Positions 30,087-38,420 of a stretch of 64,000 nucleotides of DNA are shown here, piece after piece; within the stretch, counting starts at the first letter, position 1, and every line of letters starts with the position of its first letter. A model generated the notes under the pieces. It did not search any database. It saw only the letters and a list, made by a program, of their open reading frames with translations, and had not been told where the DNA came from. The DNA lies in the NCBI GenBank assembly GCA_963832225.1, contig CAWHTI010000002.1, positions 298-64,297 on the forward strand, in the 5' to 3' direction. The position numbers and the translations under genes were made by a program. Source of the DNA: an uncultured Actinomycetes bacterium. GTDB lineage: Bacteria; Actinomycetota; UBA4738; HRBIN12.

Positions 30087-30841
30087 CGCAGCATGTCCTG
30101 GGGTTGCTCGGCTCGGGCGAGTTCCAGCCGTGGGCCGGGGAGGTGGACCTGGCGTTGCTGGATCGTGCGCGCACCGGCGACGGACGGGCGCTGGTGCTGC
30201 CGACCGCGTCGGCGCCCGAGGGCGAGGATGTGTTCGGCCGATGGGCGGCTATGGGCCTGGCGCACTACCAGCGCCTGGGGGTCACCGCGGAGCTCGTGCC
30301 GCTCCGCACCCGCGAGGACGCCGAGGACCCCGAGCTCGTGGCCCGGCTCTCGGAGGCCTCGCTGGTCTTCTTCTCCGGCGGCAATCCGGCGTATCTGACC
30401 GCGACGCTGACGGGCACGGCGTTCTGGACCGCGGTCCTCGAGGCATTGGGCCGCGGCCTCGCCTATGGGGGATGCAGCGCCGGGGTCCAGTGTCTGGGCG
30501 AGCGAGCCCTGGACGCGGCAACCGGCACGTTCGGCCCCGAGGTCTGGAAGCCCGGCCTGGGTCTGTTCACAGGCGTCTGGTTCGGCCCGCACTGGGATGC
30601 GCTCGACCGCTACGTGCCGGGCCTGTCCGGATTCATCCGCGGGTCCGTTCCTCCGGGCGACCTGCTGGTCGCGATCGACGAGGACACGGCGATGATCGGC
30701 GACGGGCTCGGGTGGGAGGTGCTCGGCTCGGGGAGCGTCCACCTGTCCTGTGACGGAACCTGGACGGACCACCCCGCCGGCGCGCGCTTCACGCAGGCGC
30801 TCGGGAGCGGGACGGCCGAGCCTCCGCACCCGGAGCGGTAG
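30083..30841 (+). CDS. Peptidase S51-family (cyanophycinase/peptidase E-like, class-I glutamine amidotransferase fold) protein
   Basis: The protein reads LGLLGSGEFQPWAGEVD..LVLPTASAPEGEDVF..ASLVFFSGGNPAYL..GLAYGGCSAGVQCLGE. Its GTG start overlaps the decarboxylase stop (GTGA). Confidence 0.6.
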   Translation: MTQHVLGLLGSGEFQPWAGEVDLALLDRARTGDGRALVLPTASAPEGEDVFGRWAAMGLAHYQRLGVTAELVPLRTREDAEDPELVARLSEASLVFFSGGNPAYLTATLTGTAFWTAVLEALGRGLAYGGCSAGVQCLGERALDAATGTFGPEVWKPGLGLFTGVWFGPHWDALDRYVPGLSGFIRGSVPPGDLLVAIDEDTAMIGDGLGWEVLGSGSVHLSCDGTWTDHPAGARFTQALGSGTAEPPHPER

Positions 30842-30875
30842 GCTTCCCGGCCCGGCATCCGCGAGGAGGAGGACC

Positions 30876-31535
30876 GTGCCAACCGCAGGCCTGACCCGCA
30901 CGAGCCCGGCCTCGGAGCGCGCGCCGGAGATCGTGCGACGCCTGACGGACGCGTATCCGGATGCCACGGTCGCGCTGCGCGCCTCCTCTCCGCTGGAGAT
31001 GCTCGTGGCCACGATCCTGTCCGCGCAGTGCACCGACGAGCGGGTCAACGCGGTCACCGAGACCCTGTTCGTGAAGTACCGGACGCCGCAGGACTACCTC
31101 GACGTCCCGGAGGAGGAGCTCGCGGCCGACATCAAGCCCACCGGTTTCTTCAATCAGAAGACCAGATCGATCCGGGGCGCCGCGCAACGGATCGTCGACG
31201 AGTACGGCGGGCGGGTACCCGACACCATGGAGGAGCTCGTGACCCTCCCAGGCGTCGCCCGCAAGACGGCGAACATCGTCCTGGGGAACAGCTTCGGCAC
31301 CGTCGTCGGGATCGCTGTGGACACGCACGTCCGCCGCGTGTCGCAACGCCTCGGATTCACGACGCAGGAGGACCCCGACAAGATCGAGCGGGACCTGATG
31401 GCGCTGCTGCCGACGGACCAATGGTTCCCGTTCACGTACCGGCTCATCGATCACGGGCGCGCGGTGTGCGTGGCCCGCACGCCGAAGTGCGAGATCTGTC
31501 CGGTGAGCGACCTCTGCCCATCGAGCCTGGTGTGA
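30876..31535 (+). CDS. nth: Endonuclease III
   Basis: The protein reads LVATILSAQCTDERVN..LPGVARKTANIVL..VDTHVRRVSQRLG and ends with the C-x6-C-x2-C-x5-C iron-sulfur cluster loop (CVARTPKCEICPVSDLC). The RBS is gaggaggagga. Confidence 0.9.
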   Translation: MPTAGLTRTSPASERAPEIVRRLTDAYPDATVALRASSPLEMLVATILSAQCTDERVNAVTETLFVKYRTPQDYLDVPEEELAADIKPTGFFNQKTRSIRGAAQRIVDEYGGRVPDTMEELVTLPGVARKTANIVLGNSFGTVVGIAVDTHVRRVSQRLGFTTQEDPDKIERDLMALLPTDQWFPFTYRLIDHGRAVCVARTPKCEICPVSDLCPSSLV

Positions 31536-31536
31536 C

Positions 31537-31839
31537 TCAGACTGCCACGAGCTCGTCGGGCGAGGGATCGCCGCGGCCGGCCGCGTTTCCGGCCGCGGCC
31601 GCGGCGGCACGGCGGCGGGCGCGACGGATCTCGCGCCGCTCCTCCTCGTCCAGCCCACCCCAGACGCCGGCGTCCTGGCAGGTGTCGAGGGCCCACGCGA
31701 GGCACTCCGAACGCACCGCACAGCGTGTGCACACCGCCTTCGCGCGCACGGTCTGCTCGACCGCCGGGCCGGTGGTGCCCACCGGGAAGAACAGGTCGGG
31801 ATCCTCCTCCAAGCAGGAGGCCCGTTCGATCCACTCCAT
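31537..31839 (-). CDS. whiB: WhiB-family transcription factor
   Basis: The protein reads MEWIERASCLEEDPDLFFP..AKAVCTRCAVRSECLAWAL..GVWGGL..ERRE. It has four Cys plus the G[VI]WGG turn. Confidence 0.85.
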   Translation of the reverse strand: MEWIERASCLEEDPDLFFPVGTTGPAVEQTVRAKAVCTRCAVRSECLAWALDTCQDAGVWGGLDEEERREIRRARRRAAAAAAGNAAGRGDPSPDELVAV

Positions 31840-31928
31840 CGACGTGCCGCCTTTCCTGACCCTCGGTTCAGGCCCGTCCGAGGCCCTGAACAGAGCGGAA
31901 TCATATGTGCCGACGTCTGGGGAGTGCA

Positions 31929-32717
31929 ATGGCTGAACGACGATTCAGCCGGAATCTGGCGTCCCCGCTGGTCGTCGCCCATCGGGGTGCGTCCCTGGAG
32001 CGGCCCGAGAACACCGTGCCGGCGTTCGAGGGCGCGCTCGACGCCGGCGCCGACGCCGTGGAATTCGATGTGCGGATGAGCGCGGACGGGCACCCCGTCG
32101 TCATGCACGACCCGTCGGTCGACCGCACGACGGACGGCACCGGCCTGGTGCGCGACCTGAACCTGGCCGAGATCAAGCGGCTGCGCATCCGATCCTCCTC
32201 CGGCGAGGACCTGGAAATCCCGACGCTGGCCGAGACGCTGGGCCTGCTCTCCGGCCGCGCCGCGATCGACGTGGAGATCAAGAACCTTCCGGGCGAGCCC
32301 GACCACGAACCGGCCCGCGAGCGCGCCGTGGAAGCGACGCTCCGCGCGGTGGACGAGGCTGCGTTCGTCGGCGCCGTCCTGCTCTCCAGCTTCAACCCGC
32401 GGTCCATCGCACGCTCCCGCGAGCTCGATCCCGCGGTGCCCACGGGACTGCTCGCCCTCGAGGCCATGCCGCTCGACGACGCCATCGCGCTGGCCGCGGT
32501 AGGCGGGCACGAGTGGGTGCTGCCGGCAGCCGGCGCCGTGCTCGCTGCTGGGCCGGAGGCGATCGGCCGCGCGCACGATGCCGCGCTCCGGCTCGGGACG
32601 TGGATCGTCGACGACCCGGACGTCGCGGTCACGCTCGCGTCGTGGGGGATCGACGCGGTCGCCACGAACGATCCCGGCCGCGTCGTTCCGGCCGTGCGCA
32701 GCGTGGCCCCGAGGTGA
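31929..32717 (+). CDS. glpQ: Glycerophosphodiester phosphodiesterase
   Basis: The protein reads VVAHRGASLERPENTVPAFEGALDAGADAVEFDVRMSADGHPVVMHDPSVDRTTDGTG, the GDPD family signature. Confidence 0.85.
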   Translation: MAERRFSRNLASPLVVAHRGASLERPENTVPAFEGALDAGADAVEFDVRMSADGHPVVMHDPSVDRTTDGTGLVRDLNLAEIKRLRIRSSSGEDLEIPTLAETLGLLSGRAAIDVEIKNLPGEPDHEPARERAVEATLRAVDEAAFVGAVLLSSFNPRSIARSRELDPAVPTGLLALEAMPLDDAIALAAVGGHEWVLPAAGAVLAAGPEAIGRAHDAALRLGTWIVDDPDVAVTLASWGIDAVATNDPGRVVPAVRSVAPR

Positions 32718-33124
32718 TGCGCTTGCGCCGACGCCGTCTGGCACCCGAGCTGCAGCCGGCCTTCGACGCGTTCGTGTCGGTCGTCGCGGCCGTGGAACGT
32801 GGCAAGGCCGCCCTGACCGAGTCGGTCCCCAGCACGCGGTTCGCCGGCCGGCCGCTCGCCGAGACCCTCCACGAGTTCGAACGGGAGCTGACCGAGGCGG
32901 ACGCCGGGATGCGGTCCTGGCGCCGTCCCGAGGTGCTCGCCGCCTGGGAAGCGGCCGACGGCGGGCTGCGGACCGCTCGTGAGCTGGCGGCGCGGCTCCG
33001 CCTCGAGGCGCCGGACCCCGGCGGGTTCGAGGGACTGATCGGACTGATCGGCGATCTGCTCGCACCGCTAGATGCCTTCGGCGCGGCGGGGCGGCGATTC
33101 TCCGAGCTTCGCAGGCGTGCGTGA
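32717..33124 (+). CDS. Hypothetical helical protein (135 aa), translationally coupled to glpQ
   Basis: Its ATG overlaps the glpQ stop (TGATG-type overlap at 32715-32719). No family was recognised. Confidence 0.4.
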   Translation: MRLRRRRLAPELQPAFDAFVSVVAAVERGKAALTESVPSTRFAGRPLAETLHEFERELTEADAGMRSWRRPEVLAAWEAADGGLRTARELAARLRLEAPDPGGFEGLIGLIGDLLAPLDAFGAAGRRFSELRRRA

Positions 33125-33157
33125 GGCGCGAACGGCCGGGGCGAACGAGTTCCGCCG

Positions 33158-33262
33158 TAGACACTTTGGACTAGTTCCGATGCAGCAGTACGCCACCGCG
33201 GCACATTGACCGAGCGTTCAGGGACGGTTTGACTCCGAGCGACGGGCGGGAGTCCCCCCGCT
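33158..33262 (+). promoter_or_regulatory. Conserved leader/promoter region upstream of BNR paralog 1
   Basis: Box TAGACACTTTGGACTAGTTCCGATG (33158-33182), CATTGACCGAGCGTTCA (33204-33220; TTGACC-17 nt-TTGACT) and GGGAGTCCCCCCGCT (33248-33262) recur colinearly at 34742-34846. Confidence 0.6.
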
Positions 33263-33302
33263 TGCGAGCGTTTCCCGTACGCGGGGAAAGGGAGGAGTCG
33301 GA

Positions 33303-34637
33303 ATGACTCGAAGGGCTCGATGGTCCGTACCGATCGCCATCGCGACGGTGCTGGCGCTGGCCGGCACCGCGTACGCGGCGATCACGATCTCACCGTCGTC
33401 CCCGGCGACGGCCGGCCAGAAGGTGGGTGGGAACTACACGTGGAACTACGGCAACTCGCTGGAGAAGTCCACGTGCGGCGGCACCACCTACCTGAACGCC
33501 CTCTACGCCACGGACCTGGTGAAGGGTGAGTACGCGAGCGACTCCGGCCCGTATCAGGGCGCTTATGCCACGCGCGCGAACATCGCGAACTCGCCGCTGA
33601 GCTGGAGTGCGCCGAAGCGGGTCAACCCCGGCACGCAGCACGCCGAGCGGACGACCCTGGCCGCTGACGGGAGCGACGTCTACTACGGCTACGTGTCGCA
33701 GGTCAGCTACGACGACTACGACCCGGCCGCGAAGCGCGTCTTCTACGTGAAGACGAGTCACGACTGCGGCGCGACGTTCGGCCCGGCCGTTCGCGTGTCG
33801 CCGGGCACCGGCCGCGTCGACTACCCGATCCTGGCCGCCGACAACGGCGTCGCGTACGCGATCTGGGTCAACGGCGCGAACGGCAACGTCCAGTTCGCCA
33901 AGAGCACGGACTCCGGCACCACCTGGCCGGCCACGACCGTCGGCACGACCACGTCGAGGAACCCCGACGACGTCGCGGAGGGCTACTACGGATATCCGAC
34001 CGTGGCGGCCTCCGGCGTCAACGTGGCGATCGGTTGGTACACCGACAATGCGGGCCGGCAGGTCATCCGTGGCTCGTCGAACTCCGGCACGAGCTTCGGA
34101 GCCGAGCAGGTCGCCACGGCTACGAGCCCGAACGACACCATCCACTACATGACAGGTGGTGGCCAGGAGGACGGCACCAACGACCGCGTCGCCCTCGCAT
34201 ACACCAGCAGCACCGGTGTGCACGTCCGCGTCTGGGACGGCTCGTGGGGCGCGCAGCAGACCGTGGAGTCCTACGGCTCGACGATCGGTGGCACGACCTT
34301 CTCGGGCAGCTACGGCCCGGCGCCCATCCCGTACGGGGCGAACGGCATCATGGTCGTGTACCCGAACTGCCAGGCGACGGCGCAGACCGCCAACGACTGT
34401 GACTATGCGCTGAACAAGGTGCGCACCTCGCTGGTCCTCGAGGACTCGGTCACCGGCGCGTTCGGTGACAGCACCCCTCGCGTGCTCGCGAGCGCGGTCA
34501 CGGATCGGTACCTGAACGACTCGGCATCGATCGTGACCAACGGCACCACGCGGTACGTCCTGTACAACGGATGGACGGCGAACTACTTCAACTACCGTCT
34601 CTTCCTGAAGCAGGCGTCGGGCACGGGCCCCTCGTAG
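33303..34637 (+). CDS. Secreted BNR/Asp-box repeat (sialidase-fold beta-propeller) protein, paralog 1
   Basis: It has signal peptide MTRRARWSVPIAIATVLALAGTAYA and Asp boxes SHDCGATF, STDSGTTW and SNSGTSF. It is a paralog of 34888..36255. Confidence 0.75.
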   Translation: MTRRARWSVPIAIATVLALAGTAYAAITISPSSPATAGQKVGGNYTWNYGNSLEKSTCGGTTYLNALYATDLVKGEYASDSGPYQGAYATRANIANSPLSWSAPKRVNPGTQHAERTTLAADGSDVYYGYVSQVSYDDYDPAAKRVFYVKTSHDCGATFGPAVRVSPGTGRVDYPILAADNGVAYAIWVNGANGNVQFAKSTDSGTTWPATTVGTTTSRNPDDVAEGYYGYPTVAASGVNVAIGWYTDNAGRQVIRGSSNSGTSFGAEQVATATSPNDTIHYMTGGGQEDGTNDRVALAYTSSTGVHVRVWDGSWGAQQTVESYGSTIGGTTFSGSYGPAPIPYGANGIMVVYPNCQATAQTANDCDYALNKVRTSLVLEDSVTGAFGDSTPRVLASAVTDRYLNDSASIVTNGTTRYVLYNGWTANYFNYRLFLKQASGTGPS

Positions 34638-34659
34638 GGATCCGGAGCACCGAACCCCA

Positions 34660-34691
34660 GGGCGGGGCGGCGCGCGAACGCCGCCCCGCCC
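34660..34691 (+). terminator. GC-rich stem-loop after BNR paralog 1
   Basis: The sequence gggcggggcggcg-cgcgaa-cgccgccccgccc has a 13-bp perfect stem. It begins 23 nt after the stop codon and has no T-tract. Confidence 0.55.
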
Positions 34692-34741
34692 GCCCCTCCT
34701 TCCCCGGTCTCGGGCCCCGGTCCCGGGTCCCGGGGCACGCC

Positions 34742-34846
34742 TAGACACTTCGGACTAGTCCGTTCGGATGTTTGGCCGGTCCGGACCATTGACCGACGGT
34801 TCAACCGCCGTTTCACTCGGGCGCACGCGGAGCGGGACCCCCCGCT
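34742..34846 (+). promoter_or_regulatory. Conserved leader/promoter region upstream of BNR paralog 2
   Basis: It contains TAGACACTTCGGACTAGTCCGTTCGGATG (with the perfect palindrome GGACTAGTCC at 34752-34761), CATTGACCGACGGTTCA (34787-34803; TTGACC-17 nt-TTCACT) and GGGACCCCCCGCT (34834-34846). Confidence 0.6.
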
Positions 34847-34887
34847 CTCCGGTCCGGCCCCCAGAGGGGCGGGGAGGAGGAAGGCGC

Positions 34888-36255
34888 ATGGTACGAAGGA
34901 TGCGACGGGGGGCGGCGCTCGCCGCCGTCATGGTGGTGCTCTCGGTGAGCGCCGCGTTGGCGTATTCGTGGGACAAGCCGAACACCGGTGCGGCGGACCC
35001 CGGACGCCTCGGGCCGAACTACACGTGGAACAACGGGGACCCCGTCCTCGCGGTCAACGGCGACAACTCGCTGTCGGCCGCCTACGTGAGCGACTACGTC
35101 AAGGGCGTCTTCGCTGACGACGTGACCGGTCCGTACATGAGCAGCTTCTATGTCCGCAGCACGGACAACGGTCAGACGTGGAGCAAGGCGTTCAAGCTGA
35201 ACGGGCGGTACCACGCCGATCGCGTCACGCTCGTCTCGAGCGGCGACAACGTGGTGACGTTCTTCATGAGCCAGCAGCACTACTGGGCGACGCCCGGTGG
35301 CTCCACCTTCAAGACGGGCGAACCCCGGTACATCTACTTCCGGACGAACACCAACAACGGCGGGTCTGCGGCGTGGAACGCCGCGAAGCGCCTGCCCGGC
35401 CAGACGCAGACGAGCCGCGGTGACTACCTGTACTCGGCTTCGGACGGCAACCTGGTCGTCGTGGCGGTGACGAACACGCAGAACGGCAAGATCTGGACCT
35501 GGCGCAGCACGAACGGCGGCACGTCGTTCACCGGGCCGATCGAGGTTGGGAGCACCACCGCCACCGACACGCAGTCGGGCTACGTGGGTGGATTCTCCGG
35601 GCTGCCCGCCGTCGCCGTGCACGGATCCACCGTCGTGGTGGGCTGGACCTCCACGGCCGCCGGCCGCGTGAGCACCGCCGTCTCCACCGACAGCGGTGCG
35701 ACGTACGGCGCGCCAACCACGCGCCAGGCCTCGGGTGGGAACGAGAACAACGGCTACGTGCAGGCTGACGACCGCAGCGGCGACAACCGCTTGGTGTTCA
35801 CCTGGACGACTCCCGACGCCGCGTACCTGCAGATCTACGACGACGGGACCAACGGGTGGCTCGCCAAGCGCACGATCACGACGTTCCCGGATCCCGACCC
35901 GGCCGTGGGCAACACCTACGACAAGGGCGGGGAGGGCGCGATCGTAGCCCTCGGGACCGGCACCAAGATCGGTGTGTCGCTCTCGGAGTGCAACACGGCG
36001 AACGGGTTCACGTGCAACAACCCGCAGCTGTCCGACGTGAAGGCCCGCGAGCAGCTCGTGTGGCGGGAGTCGTCGAACAACGGCGCGAGCTGGGGCGGGG
36101 CGGAGATCATCGCTCCGGTGGGCTCGGGCAAGGGTCAGTACATCCACAACTACGGTGACGTGCTCTACCTGCCGAGCGGGAAGCCGTTCGTCCTGTGGAA
36201 CGCGCACAACGCGGCCTACTCGGCCTACACGACACAGATCCGCGTCGGGAACTGA
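34888..36255 (+). CDS. Secreted BNR/Asp-box repeat (sialidase-fold beta-propeller) protein, paralog 2
   Basis: It has signal peptide MVRRMRRGAALAAVMVVLSVSAALA and Asp boxes STDNGQTW, STNGGTSF, STDSGATY and SSNNGASW. It shares the N-terminal NYTWN and YV.DYVKG blocks with paralog 1. Confidence 0.75.
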   Translation: MVRRMRRGAALAAVMVVLSVSAALAYSWDKPNTGAADPGRLGPNYTWNNGDPVLAVNGDNSLSAAYVSDYVKGVFADDVTGPYMSSFYVRSTDNGQTWSKAFKLNGRYHADRVTLVSSGDNVVTFFMSQQHYWATPGGSTFKTGEPRYIYFRTNTNNGGSAAWNAAKRLPGQTQTSRGDYLYSASDGNLVVVAVTNTQNGKIWTWRSTNGGTSFTGPIEVGSTTATDTQSGYVGGFSGLPAVAVHGSTVVVGWTSTAAGRVSTAVSTDSGATYGAPTTRQASGGNENNGYVQADDRSGDNRLVFTWTTPDAAYLQIYDDGTNGWLAKRTITTFPDPDPAVGNTYDKGGEGAIVALGTGTKIGVSLSECNTANGFTCNNPQLSDVKAREQLVWRESSNNGASWGGAEIIAPVGSGKGQYIHNYGDVLYLPSGKPFVLWNAHNAAYSAYTTQIRVGN

Positions 36256-36277
36256 CCCGGACTCAGTCCCCGCGTGC

Positions 36278-36314
36278 GGGAAGGGGCGGTGGCCTTCGGG
36301 CCACCGCCCTTCCC
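36278..36314 (+). terminator. GC-rich stem-loop after BNR paralog 2
   Basis: The sequence gggaaggggcggtggcc-ttcg-ggccaccgcccttccc has a ~16-bp stem with one bulge and a TTCG tetraloop. Confidence 0.6.
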
Positions 36315-36370
36315 ATGTGCACCCCACTGCGCGTGTAGCCTTCGGCCGTCGTCGTCGGAACGGAGCGGCC

Positions 36371-37033
36371 GTGGACCACAGTGATCGTCCGGTGGGCGGG
36401 CCGGTGCCCGCGCGGCAGGTCGAGCCGCCGCCGCGCCGGTCGCTGCCGGGCTCGTTCGTGACGCTCGAGCCGATCGACCCTGACCGGCACGGTCCCGGGC
36501 TGTTCGACGCCGGCCACGGCTCGGCGGAAGCCGAGGCCCTGTGGACCTACCTGCCCTACGGTCCGTTCGAAAACCTCGACGCCATGCGCGCCTGGCTCTG
36601 GACGCTCCCAACCTCGGATGACCCGCTGTTCTTCGCCGTCGTTCGCGACGGCTCGCCGGTGGGGATGACCAGCTTCCTGAACGTGGACGTCTCCGGCCGG
36701 CGGCTGGAGCTCGGCCACATCTGGTTCGGGCCGGCCGCGCAGCGCACGGAGGCCAATACCGAGGCGGCCGCCCTCATGCTCGGGTGGGCGTTCGACGCGG
36801 GCTACCGGCGGGCCGAGTGGAAGTGCGACGCCCTGAACGCTCGTTCGCGCGCCGCTGCCGAGCGGCTCGGCTTCACGTTCGAGGGCGTCTTCCGCCAGCA
36901 CATGATCGTGAAGGGCCGCAACCGCGACACCGCGTGGTTCTCGATGTTGGATCGCGAGTGGCCGGCCGTGCGCGAGCGCCTCGGCGCGTGGCTCCTCGAA
37001 CGTCGGACGCCAGCCGTGGAGCCGGGGGGATGA
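36371..37033 (+). CDS. GNAT-family N-acetyltransferase (RimJ/RimL-like)
   Basis: The protein reads VTLEPIDPDRHGPGLFDA..LELGHIWFGPAAQRTEANTEAAALMLGWAFD.GYRRAEWKCDALNARSRAAAERLGFTFEGVFR. Confidence 0.75.
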   Translation: MDHSDRPVGGPVPARQVEPPPRRSLPGSFVTLEPIDPDRHGPGLFDAGHGSAEAEALWTYLPYGPFENLDAMRAWLWTLPTSDDPLFFAVVRDGSPVGMTSFLNVDVSGRRLELGHIWFGPAAQRTEANTEAAALMLGWAFDAGYRRAEWKCDALNARSRAAAERLGFTFEGVFRQHMIVKGRNRDTAWFSMLDREWPAVRERLGAWLLERRTPAVEPGG

Positions 37034-37695
37034 GGCCCGATATCCCGTTCGTCCTGGCCGGTGAGTGCACGCGCGTCGCCGAGGAGCTGGCAGCGCTTGC
37101 GGAGGCGGACTTCTCCCGGCCAACTCGGTGTCCGCCATGGGACGTCAAGGAACTCGCGGCGCACGTGTGGAACGCGCTCGATCGCCTGCCCAGTTTCCTC
37201 GCGGATCCGGAGCCGCCGACCGCGACCGCGGACGCCGTGACGTACTGGCGATCCTACGATCCGATCGCAGACGCCGCGTCGATCGTCGCCCGTTCCACCG
37301 CGATCTCGGCGCGCTTCGCGGAGGGCACCGAGCTCGCCCGGTCGTTCGGCGAGCACTGGCGCGCATGCGTCGAGGCGGCGCGCGTCGCGGATCCCGGCCG
37401 GATCCTGCGCACCCGCGTCGCCGACATCCGCCTGGACGAGTTCGTGGCCACCCGCGTGCTGGAGGCGACGGTGCACGGCCTCGACCTCGCCCGCGCGCTG
37501 GGCCGCGAGCCCTGGATCACGCCCGCCGGCGCGGAGGTGACGGTCGCGATCCTGCGGTCGCTCCTTGACGCGGACCCCCCCGAGCGCTGGGACGACGTCG
37601 CGTTCATCGAGATCGGGACCGGCCGCGTCGTGCCCGACGACGCCGACCTCGACGAGCTGGGACCGTCGGCGTCGCGCCTGCCGTTGCTCGGATGA
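37030..37695 (+). CDS. DinB-like / maleylpyruvate-isomerase-N-terminal (mycothiol-dependent enzyme) family protein
   Basis: The protein reads FSRPTRCPPWDVKELAAHV..LDEFVATRVLEATVHGLDLARALG. The ATG overlaps the upstream stop (ATGA). Confidence 0.6.
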   Translation: MRPDIPFVLAGECTRVAEELAALAEADFSRPTRCPPWDVKELAAHVWNALDRLPSFLADPEPPTATADAVTYWRSYDPIADAASIVARSTAISARFAEGTELARSFGEHWRACVEAARVADPGRILRTRVADIRLDEFVATRVLEATVHGLDLARALGREPWITPAGAEVTVAILRSLLDADPPERWDDVAFIEIGTGRVVPDDADLDELGPSASRLPLLG

Positions 37696-38378
37696 CAGGG
37701 TCCGAGCTGCGCCGTCTGGAGCGCGAGGTCGTCGCGTGCCGCGCCTGCCCCCGGCTGGTGGCGTGGCGGGAGGAGGCCGCCCGCGAAAAGGTGGCTCGCT
37801 TCGCCGCCGAGACGTACTGGGCGCGTCCGCTGCCCGGGTTCGGTGACCCGGACGCCGGCGTGGCGCTCGTGGGACTGGCGCCGGCCGCGCACGGCGGCAA
37901 CCGCACCGGCAGGATCTTCACCGGGGACCGCTCGGGTGATTTCCTGTTCGCCTCGCTGCATCGCGTGGGTCTGGCGAACCAGCCGGAGTCCGTGTCGCGG
38001 GACGACGGTCTGCGCCTGCGCGGCGCGTGGGTCACCGCCGTGAACCGGTGCGCGCCGCCCGGCAACCGCCCGACCCCGCGGGAGCGCGACACCTGCCTGC
38101 CGTTCCTGGAGCGGGAGCTCGCCGCGCTCCGGCGGCTGCGGGCGATCGTGGCGCTCGGCTCGTTCGCGTGGGACGGCGTCCTGCGCGCCCTGTCGGCGAA
38201 CGGCCATCCGGCCCCGCGGCCCCGTCCGCACTTCGGCCACGCCGCGGAGACGACGATCGGGCCGTACGCGGTGACCGGTTGCTTCCATCCCAGCCAGCAG
38301 AACACCTTCACGGGCACGCTGACCGAGCCGATGATCGACGCGGTGCTAGCCCGAGCGCGGGACCTCGCGCGCGGCTGA
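37692..38378 (+). CDS. Uracil-DNA glycosylase superfamily protein (family 4/5 type)
   Basis: The protein reads ACRACPRLVAWRE..GFGDPDAGVALVGLAPAAHGGNRTGRIFTGDRSG..VNRCAPPGNRPT..GCFHPSQQN. Confidence 0.8.
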   Translation: MTGSELRRLEREVVACRACPRLVAWREEAAREKVARFAAETYWARPLPGFGDPDAGVALVGLAPAAHGGNRTGRIFTGDRSGDFLFASLHRVGLANQPESVSRDDGLRLRGAWVTAVNRCAPPGNRPTPRERDTCLPFLERELAALRRLRAIVALGSFAWDGVLRALSANGHPAPRPRPHFGHAAETTIGPYAVTGCFHPSQQNTFTGTLTEPMIDAVLARARDLARG

Positions 38379-38420
38379 TCCGCCGGCATCGCTGTCGCGG
38401 GCCACGCGTATCCTGGCTCT

